The position numbers and the translations under genes are program-made. A stretch of 64,000 nucleotides of DNA from Trichosphaerium sp. ATCC 40318. Its lineage: Eukaryota; Protista; Tubulinea. Of this stretch, positions 1 to 12,015 are shown in pieces; within the stretch, counting starts at the first letter, position 1, and the number at the start of each line of letters is the position of its first letter. The DNA lies in contig JALMLS010000287.1 of the NCBI GenBank assembly GCA_038496445.1, forward strand, positions 124,001 through 188,000. Reading direction: 5' to 3'. A model generated the notes under the pieces. It saw only the letters and a list, made by a program, of their open reading frames with translations, did not search any database and was not told the DNA's origin.

Positions 1-197
1 ACGCGTTTTAAAATATCTGGTTTTGGATAAAACGTGTCTAGTTTTGTGACAACAAAACACAACTATCAAAGGTCACCACCGGCAAGAGAGGTCCTACTAG
101 AATGTTGCAACTCTCTTATTAACAAAAGAAAAACGTAAGAACTTAGAACTGTTGGAAACATCTCTAATGTAACATACAAAACGTGACATGGAATATT

Positions 198-1718
198 TTA
201 CTCATCTGTGGAACTTACGCCTTCCCACATACTTTTTAATACATAAGCTGCCATCTTTGCCATTTCGACTTGCACTGCTTCTACTAAAGCATCTTCATAT
301 GATTTTCTTATACCAGATACTATGCCCTGTGGTGTGAGATCGTCAACTGAAGTTTCAAATTGTACGCCAACATGAGGTATTCTCCACTGACTCCAGTCTG
401 TGTCCACAACTTCCTTGCCATCTATTTCAAAGTTCACAACAGTAAGTAAAAAATGAGAATAATAATAAAGGCTTACCAATACCAACGGTTTTGGCTGCTT
501 CTAACAATGATAGCTCCTTTAGACCAACTTCTAATTGTACGTTTGCTTTCTTCGTATCAATTAAGTGGAAGCTACCATCTACTTGAAAGTCTACCTTGCC
601 AGTTGTGAATAGGCCAGGTGGGTTTGTTATATTAGCTACGAAAAACAATTACTACAAACGGATTGCGAGAGTACTCTCATACCTCCAAGAATAGATAGCG
701 GAATATCATTAGCTGTAAATGAGCTAAATGACTCTAATTTATCTCCTCTTTGACTAAGTCGCCATTCACCATCATCTATCTTACCACTACCGTTTGCCGA
801 GGTGCTGAAAAATAAGCAACAAAAAAAAAGGTATGGTTAACTGTACAATATATCAGCGAGAGCTGTCTTCTTTGAAATATTATGTCCATAGAATTGTTTG
901 AACAAAAACCTGGGAAATTTGATACTGGATGATGTATATTCAGCAAGTTTATTATCACGTGGTGATGAGTCAACAATATTGACATCTACGTCCTATAAAA
1001 AAGATTAATGCAAGAAAACAATAAGCACGAAAATCTGTCTTACCCGTAGCTCAAGTTCTTTTATATTCCAGTCTAATGGTTTCTCTGATTCCTTTTTAAT
1101 GTCTACTGATACTTGGCTTCTCTACAGCGATGTAAGAAAGGGATATTTTGAGAAATTGGTTAAGTACACGAAGCATCAATTGATGTATTACTATGCTCGT
1201 TGGGTCTATGAGGTTAGAGAGAGCCTGAAGATATTGTAACCGCATGTAACTCGCTGAAAAATCAAAAGTAAGAGCTGGGTGATTCTTTCTTGACACTGTG
1301 AGGCCATGAAACTCCCACTGTCCAGAATGCACAGAACCTTTTGTGTTTGTAAGCATACTTTGTTGATTATAATTAATGATCCCATTTCTGTGGACAACAG
1401 TGAGCGTGCGTACCGTTTACGCTATCAAAATTAACGTTTATGCCTGTGAAAGGTTGCTTTCATTTTGTAAGCTTGATAACACTTTAGTAGGGTACCTGTA
1501 GCGTAGTAATTACTCTACAGAAATTAGTGAGTGCTTTTGTAGCGATGTTACATACCTCAACGAAATTGGCATGAAAATACTGTTACCAGTAAACACTGAC
1601 ACCGCCATTCCCGCTGTGGACAGAAAAAAGCCACCAGCGGTGTATAATGATAATCTACCGTTTAATGTTTAATAAATGAAAGGCAATAGTGTGTTAAAGA
1701 ATACCTTGCCAGCGCCAT
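198..1718 (-). CDS. Multi-exon protein, possibly Mdm31/Mdm32-like mitochondrial inner-membrane protein
   Basis: Spliced exons give MALARLSLYTAGGFFLSTAGMAVSVF (hydrophobic N-terminus), WEFHGLTVSRKNHPALTFDF, DWNIKELELRDVDVNIVD..SIKFPRFLFKQFYG, ANDIPLSILG..PGLFTTGKVDFQVDG and GIRKSYEDALVEAV. The motif order resembles fungal Mdm31 from memory. Confidence 0.45.
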
Positions 1719-1825
1719 CAGTGAAGAACCGTCGTTTGAAATTAAGCCTAAAAACTTTGCTTGACCATTCCAAACCACGTTGATAGCTCTTTCAAATAAC
1801 TTTTACCACAACAACGTCTAAAGTA

Positions 1826-1830
1826 TCAGT
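1826..1830 (+). promoter_or_regulatory. Initiator-like TCAGT immediately upstream of the Rab1 ATG, in a ~110-bp bidirectional promoter
   Basis: TCAGT also lies just upstream of starts at 13400, 23373, 34842, 47725 (+) and 42690-42694 (-). Confidence 0.4.
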
Positions 1831-3295
1831 ATGAACCCTGATTAGTAAGTTCGCTTTACAACTCCTAACGTACTAACAGCAAACAGCGATTTCTTATTCA
1901 AATTGCTCCTAATTGGCGACTCTGGTGTCGGTAAATCATGCTTGCTTTTACGCTTCGCTGTATGTCTCTAAATAGCTACAAAACTCTCAACAAAAACTCG
2001 CAACACTCGTTTCTATCATATTGAACTCATTTGAGTGCATCAAAACTTGTTCTAGCCGAATATCGGCGATGTCAGTCTTTCTCTTCAAAAACAAGAACAT
2101 ATTCTCATGAATGTAGGATGATACGTATACTGAGACGTACATTTCCACGATTGGTGTTGATTTCGTACGTCAATAACTATTCTCTTGCTTTTTGTTCTTA
2201 CCATGCGGAAGAAAATTCGTACCATCCAGCTAGGCGGAAAAACAGTAAAACTTCAAATCGTATCCTCGCTCAAATTCTTTCAATACCTTATGTTTTTTGT
2301 CGCTAACAACACGCATTTTTTGTTCCTTAACATAACAAGTGGGATACTGCAGGCCAGGAAAGGTTCCGAACGGTAAGGATGAAACAAACATCTCGAGAAA
2401 AAAAAAGCTCAACCAAGCTACGCGTTGACGTGCTTTGTTTTCTTTTAATTCGCTACATACACAACTGCTAGCATCAATCTTCTCATTTTTCGTTTTTTGT
2501 AGATTACTTCAAGTTACTACAGAGGTGCCCATGGTATTATTATCGTCTATGACGTTACGGATCCACGTGAGTGTTTATTATAACATCTAAAAGCGCCTAT
2601 TTTGTTCATCAATGATGCTTTTCGCTTTTTTATTTGAAATTCTGCATAAAAAAATAATCTGTTGTCTTTACGCGCTGCTGCTTTTTTAAGATGTGCTCAT
2701 AAGCTTACTTCTTTGGTTTAGTATCCTTCACTAATGTTAAGCAATGGCTTCAAGAAATTGATCGTTATGCCTGTGAGGACGTTAACAAACTACTTGTAAG
2801 GTTTCTCCGTTATCTTTCTTATTTTTTTTTTTTTTTGTTTTTGAGATGCTTATATGCTGTCCATAGGTTGGAAATAAATGCGATTTACAAACAAAGAGAT
2901 CTGTAGAAGCAAGTACTGCAAAGGTGAGTTAAATAATTTCATTTGAAATAAATTGTTTTTTTTGACACTACTAACGGTTTATGTAGGAATTTGCTGATAG
3001 CCTTGGAATCCCTTGTATAGAAACTAGTGCTAAAAATGCTACAAACGTAGAAGAAGCCTTCACAAGAATGGCAGAGATTATCAAAAAGCGGTATGTCAAA
3101 AATGTCATCGAAAAAACTTTGTTATTACAAAACTGTTGCTTTTGTTTACGAAATATGTACTATGATTTTTAATTATTGTTTAGTATGATCAGCAGTGGTG
3201 TAGAGAGCATGTCACAGAGGAAACCAGCACAACCTCAGAACGTAGTAACACCTGGAGAGGCTATTGGAGGAGATAACGAAGGAGGTTGCTGTTAA
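1831..3295 (+). CDS. RAB1: Rab1/Ypt1 small GTPase (multi-exon)
   Basis: Spliced: [92 protein letters not shown], ending in the GGCC* prenylation motif. Confidence 0.97.
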
Positions 3296-3463
3296 GCAAC
3301 ATTTCTCTACTAATAGAACCCTCAACATCAAAAAATTAAGAACACAGAGGGAGAGAAACGAATCAATCAAAAAAAAAACAAAAAAAAAAAGTGACACGTG
3401 GAAGCCAGAAAAAAAATAAGTTTCTTTACCCAATGAAAAAATACAAGTGTACAAGGTAAACTA

Positions 3464-3997
3464 TCATAATTCGTCTGCGTCAGCTTGTTCTGTAGTGTCT
3501 TCGTCTTCGTCTTCATCGTCATCATCTGGAAGCGTACAAGCTTCTTCCATTGCTGCGAACTCATGCTCGTCGTAGTAGTCCCACAGGTCGGTTATTTGAA
3601 GGTTTCTGTCGTATTTTATCACTGTTATGCCATGCCACGTTATTCTACAGCCAAAGTCGTTTATCAACAAGATTGTACGTTCGAATGCTGCCTTGCCGTT
3701 CCTAGCGTATGTTACGCCATTTGCGAACGCTTCAATGTGAGGGTATTTGACGTTGAGTGTTTTTTCACAGTTTTGGTACAAACTACGCTGGCCATAGATT
3801 GTTTTGTTGGGTTTACTGAAGAATCCGTGGTAATTGAGGTTATCTATGAAAATATCTACAAACCGTCTACAGTTTGTTGGTTTGCCACTTAGAGCGCGTT
3901 CCCACTCTACAACCTTTTCTTGTATTGTTTTAGCGTCTGTGCCATGACAAACACTAATAACAATAGTGAAAACTATCAAGAGAATTGCTGCTTTCAT
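3464..3997 (-). CDS. Intronless signal-peptide protein with SnoaL/NTF2-like fold, acidic tail and C-terminal ADEL ER-retention-like motif
   Basis: Signal peptide MKAAILLIVFTIVISVCHG; SnoaL-like C-terminal strand pattern GITVIKYDRNLQITDLWDYYD; ends DDDDEDEDEDTTEQADADEL*. Confidence 0.7.
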   Translation of the reverse strand: MKAAILLIVFTIVISVCHGTDAKTIQEKVVEWERALSGKPTNCRRFVDIFIDNLNYHGFFSKPNKTIYGQRSLYQNCEKTLNVKYPHIEAFANGVTYARNGKAAFERTILLINDFGCRITWHGITVIKYDRNLQITDLWDYYDEHEFAAMEEACTLPDDDDEDEDEDTTEQADADEL

Positions 3998-4145
3998 GCT
4001 AAAGAGTTTTGAATAGTTGAAACGTCTTTGAAGTGCCCAGAATGTTCGTCAGACTTTCAGCTAAGGCACGCCCATTTTAAGTTCTCTGAAGACCAAATTC
4101 CGCTTGATTAATTTACTCGCCGTCAGATCTTGTCTAAATTACTGC

Positions 4146-5471
4146 ATGAAGAGATATCCCAAATCTAACGTAAGTGAATTTGCGTGTTCCTGTTGCGCTA
4201 GCCTTTTCATTAAACAAACTTTCGCCGTTTGCACTTATTTACGCTTGTATAGTTGCCTGTTGCGCATAAGGCTGTCAGTAAGCTACGAAGGATTGGAAAA
4301 CTCCTTAAAACACGTTTTGGTAGGAAAGATGTTTCTGTACGTAATGAGCGAGCGTTGGTAGTGATACTCCATCCGTTTGAATAACCGCTTTCGTCAAACG
4401 ACGCCTTTTCGGCATTTTTAATAAATACGCTACTAACGCCTCTCTAGACTATCCTAAACCCTATATTCAATGCTCCGCTTGCAGCTGTAATGCATGTCCA
4501 ACGTGCTAAAGGCTCAAACTCTCCAATACCCGACGTTGTAGAGCAGTTGATTAGTACCATAATCCCACAAAGAAGTAAATCTTTTTTTTGTGCTTTGTTT
4601 TTTTTTGGCTCGAAAATACTCAATTTTGCGTACTTCCTAACCCTCTTATAGTTCATGACATAGGTCTATTTAGACAATCCGGAGATCATAAACTTGTTAA
4701 TGGACTCGTTCAACGTATTAACGCTGGTAAGGATAAAGAAGGAAAACAAATTTTTTGATGTTTTTTTTCACGTTGCACGTGTTTGGAATAGGTATCCGTT
4801 TATTGAATCCTTCGTTTAGGCAAACACGTTGATTTTCCATCAATAGACACCGATACAATATGTGATTTGATCAAAAAGTACTTTGAGGTACTACCTGAGA
4901 GAATTCTATCGGAGGAAATGCAAGAAGAGCTCATGCTTGCTTGTACGTACTTTTTTCCGACCAAAAAAACTATACATTGATTGTTTGTTGAAAGTTACGT
5001 AATTTTTGTTGAATAGGCGGTCACGAGTTCACACTTGAATGGGTTATTCACGTACAAACGGCGTTATCGTATGCGCCTCCAGAAAACTACGTTTTGGTAA
5101 AAGCGATATTTTGCATGTTAGCTGAAATTGCGAATGCGAAAGGGAACAATATGTCTTGTGAAAGTTTGAGTGCAGTTTGGGGTATTTCGCTGTTTGCTAA
5201 ACAAAATGAAGATCCTTTAAAGCTGTTCCCGAGGATTCCAAAGTATAACGCGTTGACGATGCTTTTGATAGAACATTACAAAGCTATATTCGAAGTAAGC
5301 AAGACTTTTTCTTTTTGTCGGTTTAAACTAAAGTGTTGTTTAGGAATCGACAGAGTTGAGAAAGGGTTAGTGTTTGTTGTGTAGAATTCTCTTTTATTAA
5401 TATCTAGTTTAGATTCCGAAGATGAAAGTAGTGATGGCTCTGTGTGTAAAGAAGAAGAGAAGCTTGAGTGA
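4146..5471 (+). CDS. RhoGAP-domain protein (multi-exon)
   Basis: Exons give IFNAPL..SPIPDVVEQLI, GLFRQSG (arginine finger), CDLIKKYFEVLPERIL, PPENYVLVKAIFCML..NNMSCESLSAVWGISLF. Confidence 0.9.
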
Positions 5472-5669
5472 TAATGACTTTGAGTAACCATAAATTATTT
5501 TGAACATACAATTGACATTGTAGTTTTTTGTGAATAGTGTAAATAAAAGTAATCAAACAGCTGCTAGTAATTGTGTCAGTAAACCTTAGTAGCACTGTTG
5601 TAATGTGTCAAATTGGTATTGAACTGGGTGTTGCTGCAAATAATCACAAGCTTTATTTTAATTGGTTGG

Positions 5670-6375
5670 AATGATGTACTCCCTCAATTGGCCTTGTCTA
5701 TGCCAACACTTGATCTCCTTATATGTTACCACGCATAATTACTCTGCTGTCTCAAGTTGACAATTGTCATACCAAACCTTTACTCTTCCAATTTACCATT
5801 GACATAATTACACTGTAGTTCCAATTGGCCATTGTCATGCCAACGCTTGTACTCTCCTTCTATTTTGCCATTCACATAAGTACACTGAGCTCTTAATTGC
5901 CCAATTCTGTACCAACACTTGTACTCGCCTTCTATTTTGCCATTCATATAATTACACTGCTCTCTTAATTGCCCATTTCTGTACCAACACTTGTACTCGC
6001 CTTCTTTTTTGCCATTCACATAGTTAAAATGCTCGTCCATTTGGCCATTGTCATACCACGACTTGTACTCTCCTTCTGTTTTACCATTCACATAATTAAA
6101 CTGCTCTCCCAATTGACCATTGTTATGCCAATGCTTAATCTCTCCTTCTCTCTCACCATTCATGTAACTGCATTGTACTAGCAGTTGGCCATTGTTGTAC
6201 CAACGCTTACTCTCTCCTTCTCTCACACCATTCATAAAATTACACTGCACTTGTAATTGCCCATTGTTATGCCAGTACTTGAACTCTCCTTCTCGGGTAC
6301 CATGTACATAATTTTTGTGAGAATACAAGTGTTTGTTACTATACCAACATTTCAGTTCTCCATGCCTTTTGCCAT
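5670..6375 (-). repeat. 72-bp tandem coding repeat array (about 8 intact units plus degenerate units beyond the stop codon)
   Basis: Units such as TTGTACTCGCCTTCTATTTTGCCATTCA recur at 72-nt spacing on the + strand. Degenerate units continue at 5670-5780 (..VWYDNCQL.., KEIKCWHRQGQLRE). Confidence 0.9.
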
Positions 6376-6668
6376 GTAAGAAGTATGCTTCTTTCTTTGC
6401 TATTAGCCTGAGGCTAGTGCCAATAAGTTTATACGTCCATTTACCATGTTTCTTAAACTCAAAGTCAAACCTTGAAGTAGTTGCTGTATGTTTCGATAGT
6501 ATGGACCACTTTTTATACACCTCATAGTCTAAATCGGTGATAATGAGATGTAATTCAACTGGAATGTTTAAAATATGGCAATGTTCGTCCTTCACAATTC
6601 TTAGCTATAAATGGAACGTCAGATAACCGTAGATAAAGAAAAAGCTTCACCTTTCGTTTAATCGCCAT
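5780..6668 (-). CDS. F-box-like + YwqK/MORN-variant repeat protein (family member 1)
   Basis: ATG at 6668 with one 46-nt intron (6605-6650) gives MAIKRKLRIVKDEHCHILNIPVELHLII (F-box-like), followed by about 8 24-aa repeats GKxEGEYKxWYxNGQLxxQCNYxN. Confidence 0.85.
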
Positions 6669-6768
6669 AATCTACAAGAACGCTTTTAAAAGTCTATACA
6701 CGCCGACAGTTTTAGACACCAATTAATAGTGTAGCAGCTTTCGCAAAAACGCAAGATCTGTGTTGACT

Positions 6769-6890
6769 ATGCTTGACATTTCTGAGCTAATTGTAAGAAT
6801 AGACAAACCATTCAAAAACTGTGGACATTGATGGCAAAAGGGATAGTAAATGCACGGAGTAGTATGAAGATGGAAACAAAAATGAGGCAT
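6769..6890 (+). pseudogene. Relic of F-box/YwqK-repeat gene
   Basis: Frames give MLDISELIVRIDKPFK and LWTL (collapsed F-box leader) and DIDGKRDSKCTE*YEDGNK (repeat with TGG>TAG). Confidence 0.55.
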
Positions 6891-7069
6891 ATCAAAAAAT
6901 CTTTTATTTTTACTCGTCATCAATTCTTGACATTTCTTTGAAGGTACTGTCGGCCCAACAAGGACTTGGGAATAAGTGCAACATTGAAATAAGAGATACC
7001 TTAAGAGTGTATGCAATTTTACTAAAACAAAAAAGATGTATAGTAATCACATTATGTTATTTGTTTTAT

Positions 7070-8729
7070 TTACAAACTGTTTGGATCAGTAAGTTGTTTT
7101 AATCGTAAAGATACCAAATAATCATTCAATGAATCTGTATCGGGCTCCTCAGGTATTTTCCATTCCCTTAAAACCAAAAAATATTAAAAAAAGTATGAAG
7201 AGGATGCCTTTAGTTAAACCAGAAGTTGTGAGCTGAAGGTCTTCGTGAAAGAAAAACAAAAAATCCTTCGAGGATAAAAAAAGTGTGTACGTTTCTTTTA
7301 TTTCCTTCATTAGTGCCTCTGCTCTTTCTACAATAACTTTATGATCAGTCCCTTTCCTATGACGTATCTCCATTAATTCTGTTCGCTCTTCGCCCTAAAC
7401 AGAAATCAGAAAAGAATCGGAAAAAAACAAGATATTCTTGAATCAAAATGATCAATTTTTAAAGCTTATTAAACGCGTATACTACATACTTCTGGGATAT
7501 AAATAAGTGGCTCTTCACCTCTTATAATCCTCTTGACTTCAAATAGTAGTCGCACTATGTGGTATATCCTCTTACCAACCATTTGATTTGTTGCATTATG
7601 TTTTCTGATTTGCTTTGTAATGTAACTTAAGATTGCATCAACAGTCCTCTTGTTCATGAACTAAACAAACAATAATGTAAGTACTAATCAGACAAAGTCG
7701 AACACATTGGCTCGTATTTAGATTCAAAAAATTAAGGGTTTCAAATATGAACAGAACAGATTGCTATAAAAAAAAGGTGCTTGCATACCGTCATTCGCAG
7801 TGCCTTAAGATTTCTCCAGCTCTCTGTTTCAAATAAATTCTTATCAGAAAACAACATCTCTATCAAGAAGGGATTGCCTATTGTTCAAAATTAATATGCA
7901 TAACTCTTTGGGTTACATCACAAAAACTTGAAAAAACAAACTTCACCAAACATTTAATGCTCACTGATGCTTTATAACTGCAAGTACAAAGCAAGCTCTT
8001 TTAGGATTGTAAAAGATTAGGTAAGGTAACGATTTAAAGGACAATATTGCAACTATAGTGCATCACGTGATAACCAATTGCTATACACGTGCAGTTATAA
8101 AATTTATTTCTTTTATTGTACCTTTTATAAGTAGCCTAATTGCGGTAGCAACTTCGTATAGAGTAATATCATCAGCTCCTTCTGGAGCATTTGGGAGTGT
8201 TGATATGGTGGGAGCATTGCACGTAAGAGATACAACTTCTTTTGTGTCAACTGGGAAAAGAACGTTAGAGATCGCTAAACGTAGCGAAAGGGGTTGTAAA
8301 GACATTAAAAATATGTTGTTTGGAAATATTGAGCATCAACTCTGTTTTATCGCTTTTTGGGTTTAAAGAAGATCGCCAGACTCTAGGTGTATTTTTTGGG
8401 CGATTTTGATGCGTCGTACCAACGTAGCAGCCTAAATAATCGATATCGCTTGTAGGTACGGTAAGATTGTATGCTTTGCTTCCAGTCGCCATACCTGTAA
8501 CTTATTAGATGGTTACAAACGTTTTTATTAACGTACAGAACAACATTGTTCCGTTGATGCCTTTTTCGCGTAAATACGCAGTACCAACGTCTTTGAGCTT
8601 TCCCGGGTCCATATTAGTGACAAATCGGCGTTTTATTTTTGTTTTAACAACTCTTGGAGTAAAGCTTGATTGTGTCACCGAGCTGTAACTACTGACAACG
8701 CTGCACCGCCTTTTGAGCAAAGATAGCAT
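7070..8729 (-). CDS. DNA-polymerase-beta-superfamily nucleotidyltransferase (PF10127/RlaP/YcgL-like) with a predicted mitochondrial-type leader
   Basis: GSKAYNLTVPTSDIDYLG catalytic motif; DITLYEV..LIKGNPFLIEMLFS; KRIYHIVRLL; C-terminal IPEEPDTDSLNDYLVSLR. The N-terminus is Arg/Ser/Lys-rich and acid-free. Confidence 0.8.
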
Positions 8730-9024
8730 AACTTTAAGCTCTCACTGTGTTACTTAAATACGTTGTTTCTTTGAATACGACGGAAGTTTCAAAGGTTTTT
8801 CAGTTCTACACGCCATCCGCGATTACTCGGATACGAGAAATTGTATACAACTGTTACCTGACCTTAGGTTGCTATGACCAATAGCTCATCTAACAAGCGA
8901 GAAGTTTACTTCAGTACTGTCAACAGGTGACATCAAGGCACTGCCGTCCAGTTTTTGAAAATTGTTATCATATAAAACACCAACAAAGCTATTTATTGCA
9001 ATACACGGATCAATTGGACATTGC

Positions 9025-11721
9025 CTATTCATCTGTTTCTGGTTTCTCGTGTACAAGGACGACAGGAACTTGAACTTTCTGTAAAGGGAGTAAGGTACAA
9101 ACCAAAAGTAAGAAAAAAATTTCATAAATTATTTGGTTTCCAGACGTTACCTGTTTGTGTTTATGCAAGAGTGCTGTCTTACCACTCTTGAATTCTAAGT
9201 AGTGATCTACAGAGATATACTTGGTTCCCATAGATTTGAGAACAGATTGTTGACGATATTTAGTAGGCAAAGAGACATTGAATTCCTTCTTCCACCTATG
9301 TCAAAAACATTAGTTCAAAAGGTAACTTTGTGAAACAAAAAACTCGTACTCAGAGTTAGGTCCACAAACATCTTTTATGATTCTTGCTGCAAGAACACGT
9401 GTGTTTACAACAGGTCTTAATCCATTTGAGCGTATAGTTGTTTTCTCAAACAACCTAATCTTCAACTTTCCAAGAATATGATGAGACAAGTTCTCTGTCC
9501 TCTAAAGTTTTTTGTCAATAGTAACGCTCGTTCGTTTGTGGACATACCAATTTCAAGCTGATAGGATTACCAAGTTGGTGTATCCATGCACCAATCGTAA
9601 TATGAAGTGAGACATGGTGGTTTTGAGATACCTAACAAAACATAAGCGATATCAGTTTTCAATAAACAGAAATACAGAACAAAGACTAACCTTGTAGATA
9701 TGATCTTGGTCTTTTGGAGAAATCTTCGTGTCCAAAGGCGTGTGAAGTTGTATAGGAAGAGCTATAAAGGGTACCAAATGAGCAACAAACACCAAAAAAA
9801 AGAAACAACGTACTATAACTGTGCTTCTTAAGACCATCAACACTCGCTGTAATTACATATCGGATGAAACCAAACTTCGAAGCATAGCCAGGTGGTGTTG
9901 CTGCAGGTACAGAAATCTTAAATTTCCAAGAGTAGCTTCCGGCAGCCCAAGTCTAATGAAAAACCAGTTAATACACAAAGTTCTTTAAAACAAAAAAAGT
10001 GACATACCTTTGTGGAGTCTGTCATGTTTTTCTCCAATACAGTTGCTTTTTCGATTATTTTACGATGCTCCCTTACAGGTACACGTTCTCCATCAATAAA
10101 AGTGATAAATGAAACATGTTCTTGTCCAAGGAACCTTACAGAAATACCCTTAGTGTAGGATATTGGTTTACCAACAAGCAAACGGACTTTTCCTTGAATA
10201 ACAGTTCCAGCTTTGATTACATCTGAGTTCAACTTGACAGAAAGTCTTGGTTGAAGTCTAATATCGTGTTTAGTTGATGAAAATCATGTCAATTATAAAC
10301 TCATACCTGACACGTGATTTGTCATGTTTCATCAATGGTAAATGTCCCTTGGGAATCCATGTAACAGAAATATGGATTTCACCAGCTGAAGAGTCTTTTT
10401 CTGACATTGCAAGCCAGATAGATCGTTTCTCATTTGGTGGTAGACTACGTACATTAAGTGTACGTGAATACAATTTACTTCCAGCCTCAGTCTATTTCGT
10501 AAAAAAATAAGAATCAAAGTCTTGAATAAAAAATTGTAAACTCACCTGAAGCTCAAAAGCAATACGGTCTGTTCCCTTGTCAGCGATTTGAACATGGAAC
10601 ATTTGGTAAAAGTTTGGTGTTGTTCCGCCCGAAACATCAGATACACCTGTACCATAATCAGGCTTTCCTTTAATAGAAACCTAGACAAAATAAATAAGTT
10701 AAACAACATATCTTTCTTCAAAACTGTCAAATGACGTACAGCAACTTTGTGTTTGGCATCAGGAAAGTTCTTTCCATCCATAACCAATATTTCTAGTAAC
10801 CCTAAACAGCACTATAAGTCAAAACAACGCCAAAAGAAAAAGCCAATGAAAAAGACAAAAAAAAAAAAAGAACTGTGAAGTAACCCATACCATTAAGAGC
10901 GTCTTTCTCAGTGCTAGAACCAGAACTAGCCTTAGCTTTCTTGCTCTTCTTCTTCTTAGGTACAGAAGATTTTTTAACTTCAGTGACAACTTTTGGAGGT
11001 TCCACTGCTGGTTTATCTGCTCTTGGGGTCTTTTCAGATTCGTTATCGAGGAAAAAATCCCAGTCCTCTGGCCTGTTGTATTCCTGGTCGGTACTTGCAG
11101 GCTACAAGACGATATCGTTAGCCAGGAGAATTAATAAAAGATGCTCGTTTATTTTATCAATAAATATTTTAATTGAGCGCGTGGTCTGTTTTACGTACAA
11201 TAGCGAACTGAGGAGATAGGAAAGGATTGTTTGGTTGACCAACAACTTCTGCTTCCGAAATGTTAAGCAAATCGCGTCCACCTGTAGGTGCTGGTGCTGC
11301 ACTTGGCATCTGTAAAAAATAACGTTATCTCTAATTAAAGATAGAGTGTAACATAACGTACGTTTTCTCCAATGCCCAGAATACTACCACCGCGCACTAA
11401 TAGTGGTTTTTGAGCTGCTGGCGCAGCTGTTGTGCTTGGTGTAGTATTTGTTTGAAATTCAGCAACTGTTTGTACGTCCACAGGCATCAATAGGGGCGGT
11501 TGAGACTATACAAAGGCGCATATAAGTACCGAAAACGGACAATTTTGAAAATTATAACGTACACCATCATCGTTAACGAAAGGCTCTACTGCAGCGCTAG
11601 AGAGTGGAGGGTGAAAGTAGTCCTCTGTGCCGTCTTTTAATTGACCGGAAGGCGTCTTGTAAACGTCAAAAGGTTCCCAAGCAAGTTGGCCAATATCTGC
11701 GAAAGGATCTAACGAAGCCAT
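9025..11721 (-). CDS. C2-domain plus arrestin-fold protein (multi-exon)
   Basis: C2-like LEILVMDGKNFPD..RSIWLAMSEKDSSAGEIHISVTW; arrestin N-domain AGTVIQGKVRLLVGKPI..KGISVRFLGQEHVSF, FKISVPAATPPGYASKFGFIRYVITASVD; C-domain YISVDHYLEF..VQVPVVL. Confidence 0.75.
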
Positions 11722-12015
11722 TACGTTTGAAATTCCTGAATTTGACAAAAAAAGACAAAATAATCACGACTTAGCTACAAAACTTCAGAATATTTATTTG
11801 CTATTCCGTTGTTTTGGGAGAGCTTGAAGGAATCTGTAATGACTTAACATGAGGACGAAAGAAGTTCGTATCTAAATACATTCCTTACAATAACTTTGTC
11901 TCCGTTTGTCATTTGTCCTTTGTCCTTTGTTTCCAATCGAGTTCGATTCTGTTATTATAAATCAAGATGGAATGGATTGAACTTTGGAGCATGTATCACG
12001 AGACTCTCTTTTTTG

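Noticed and set aside
5780-6375. 72-bp repeats as a CRISPR-like array or diversity-generating retroelement
   Set aside because: Units are contiguous in-frame coding repeats without spacers. There is no reverse transcriptase or template/variable repeat pair in the window, and differences are not restricted to adenines.
8886-9020. YDNNFQKLDG segment as another F-box/YwqK relic
   Set aside because: Too short and weak; no accompanying repeat motif.
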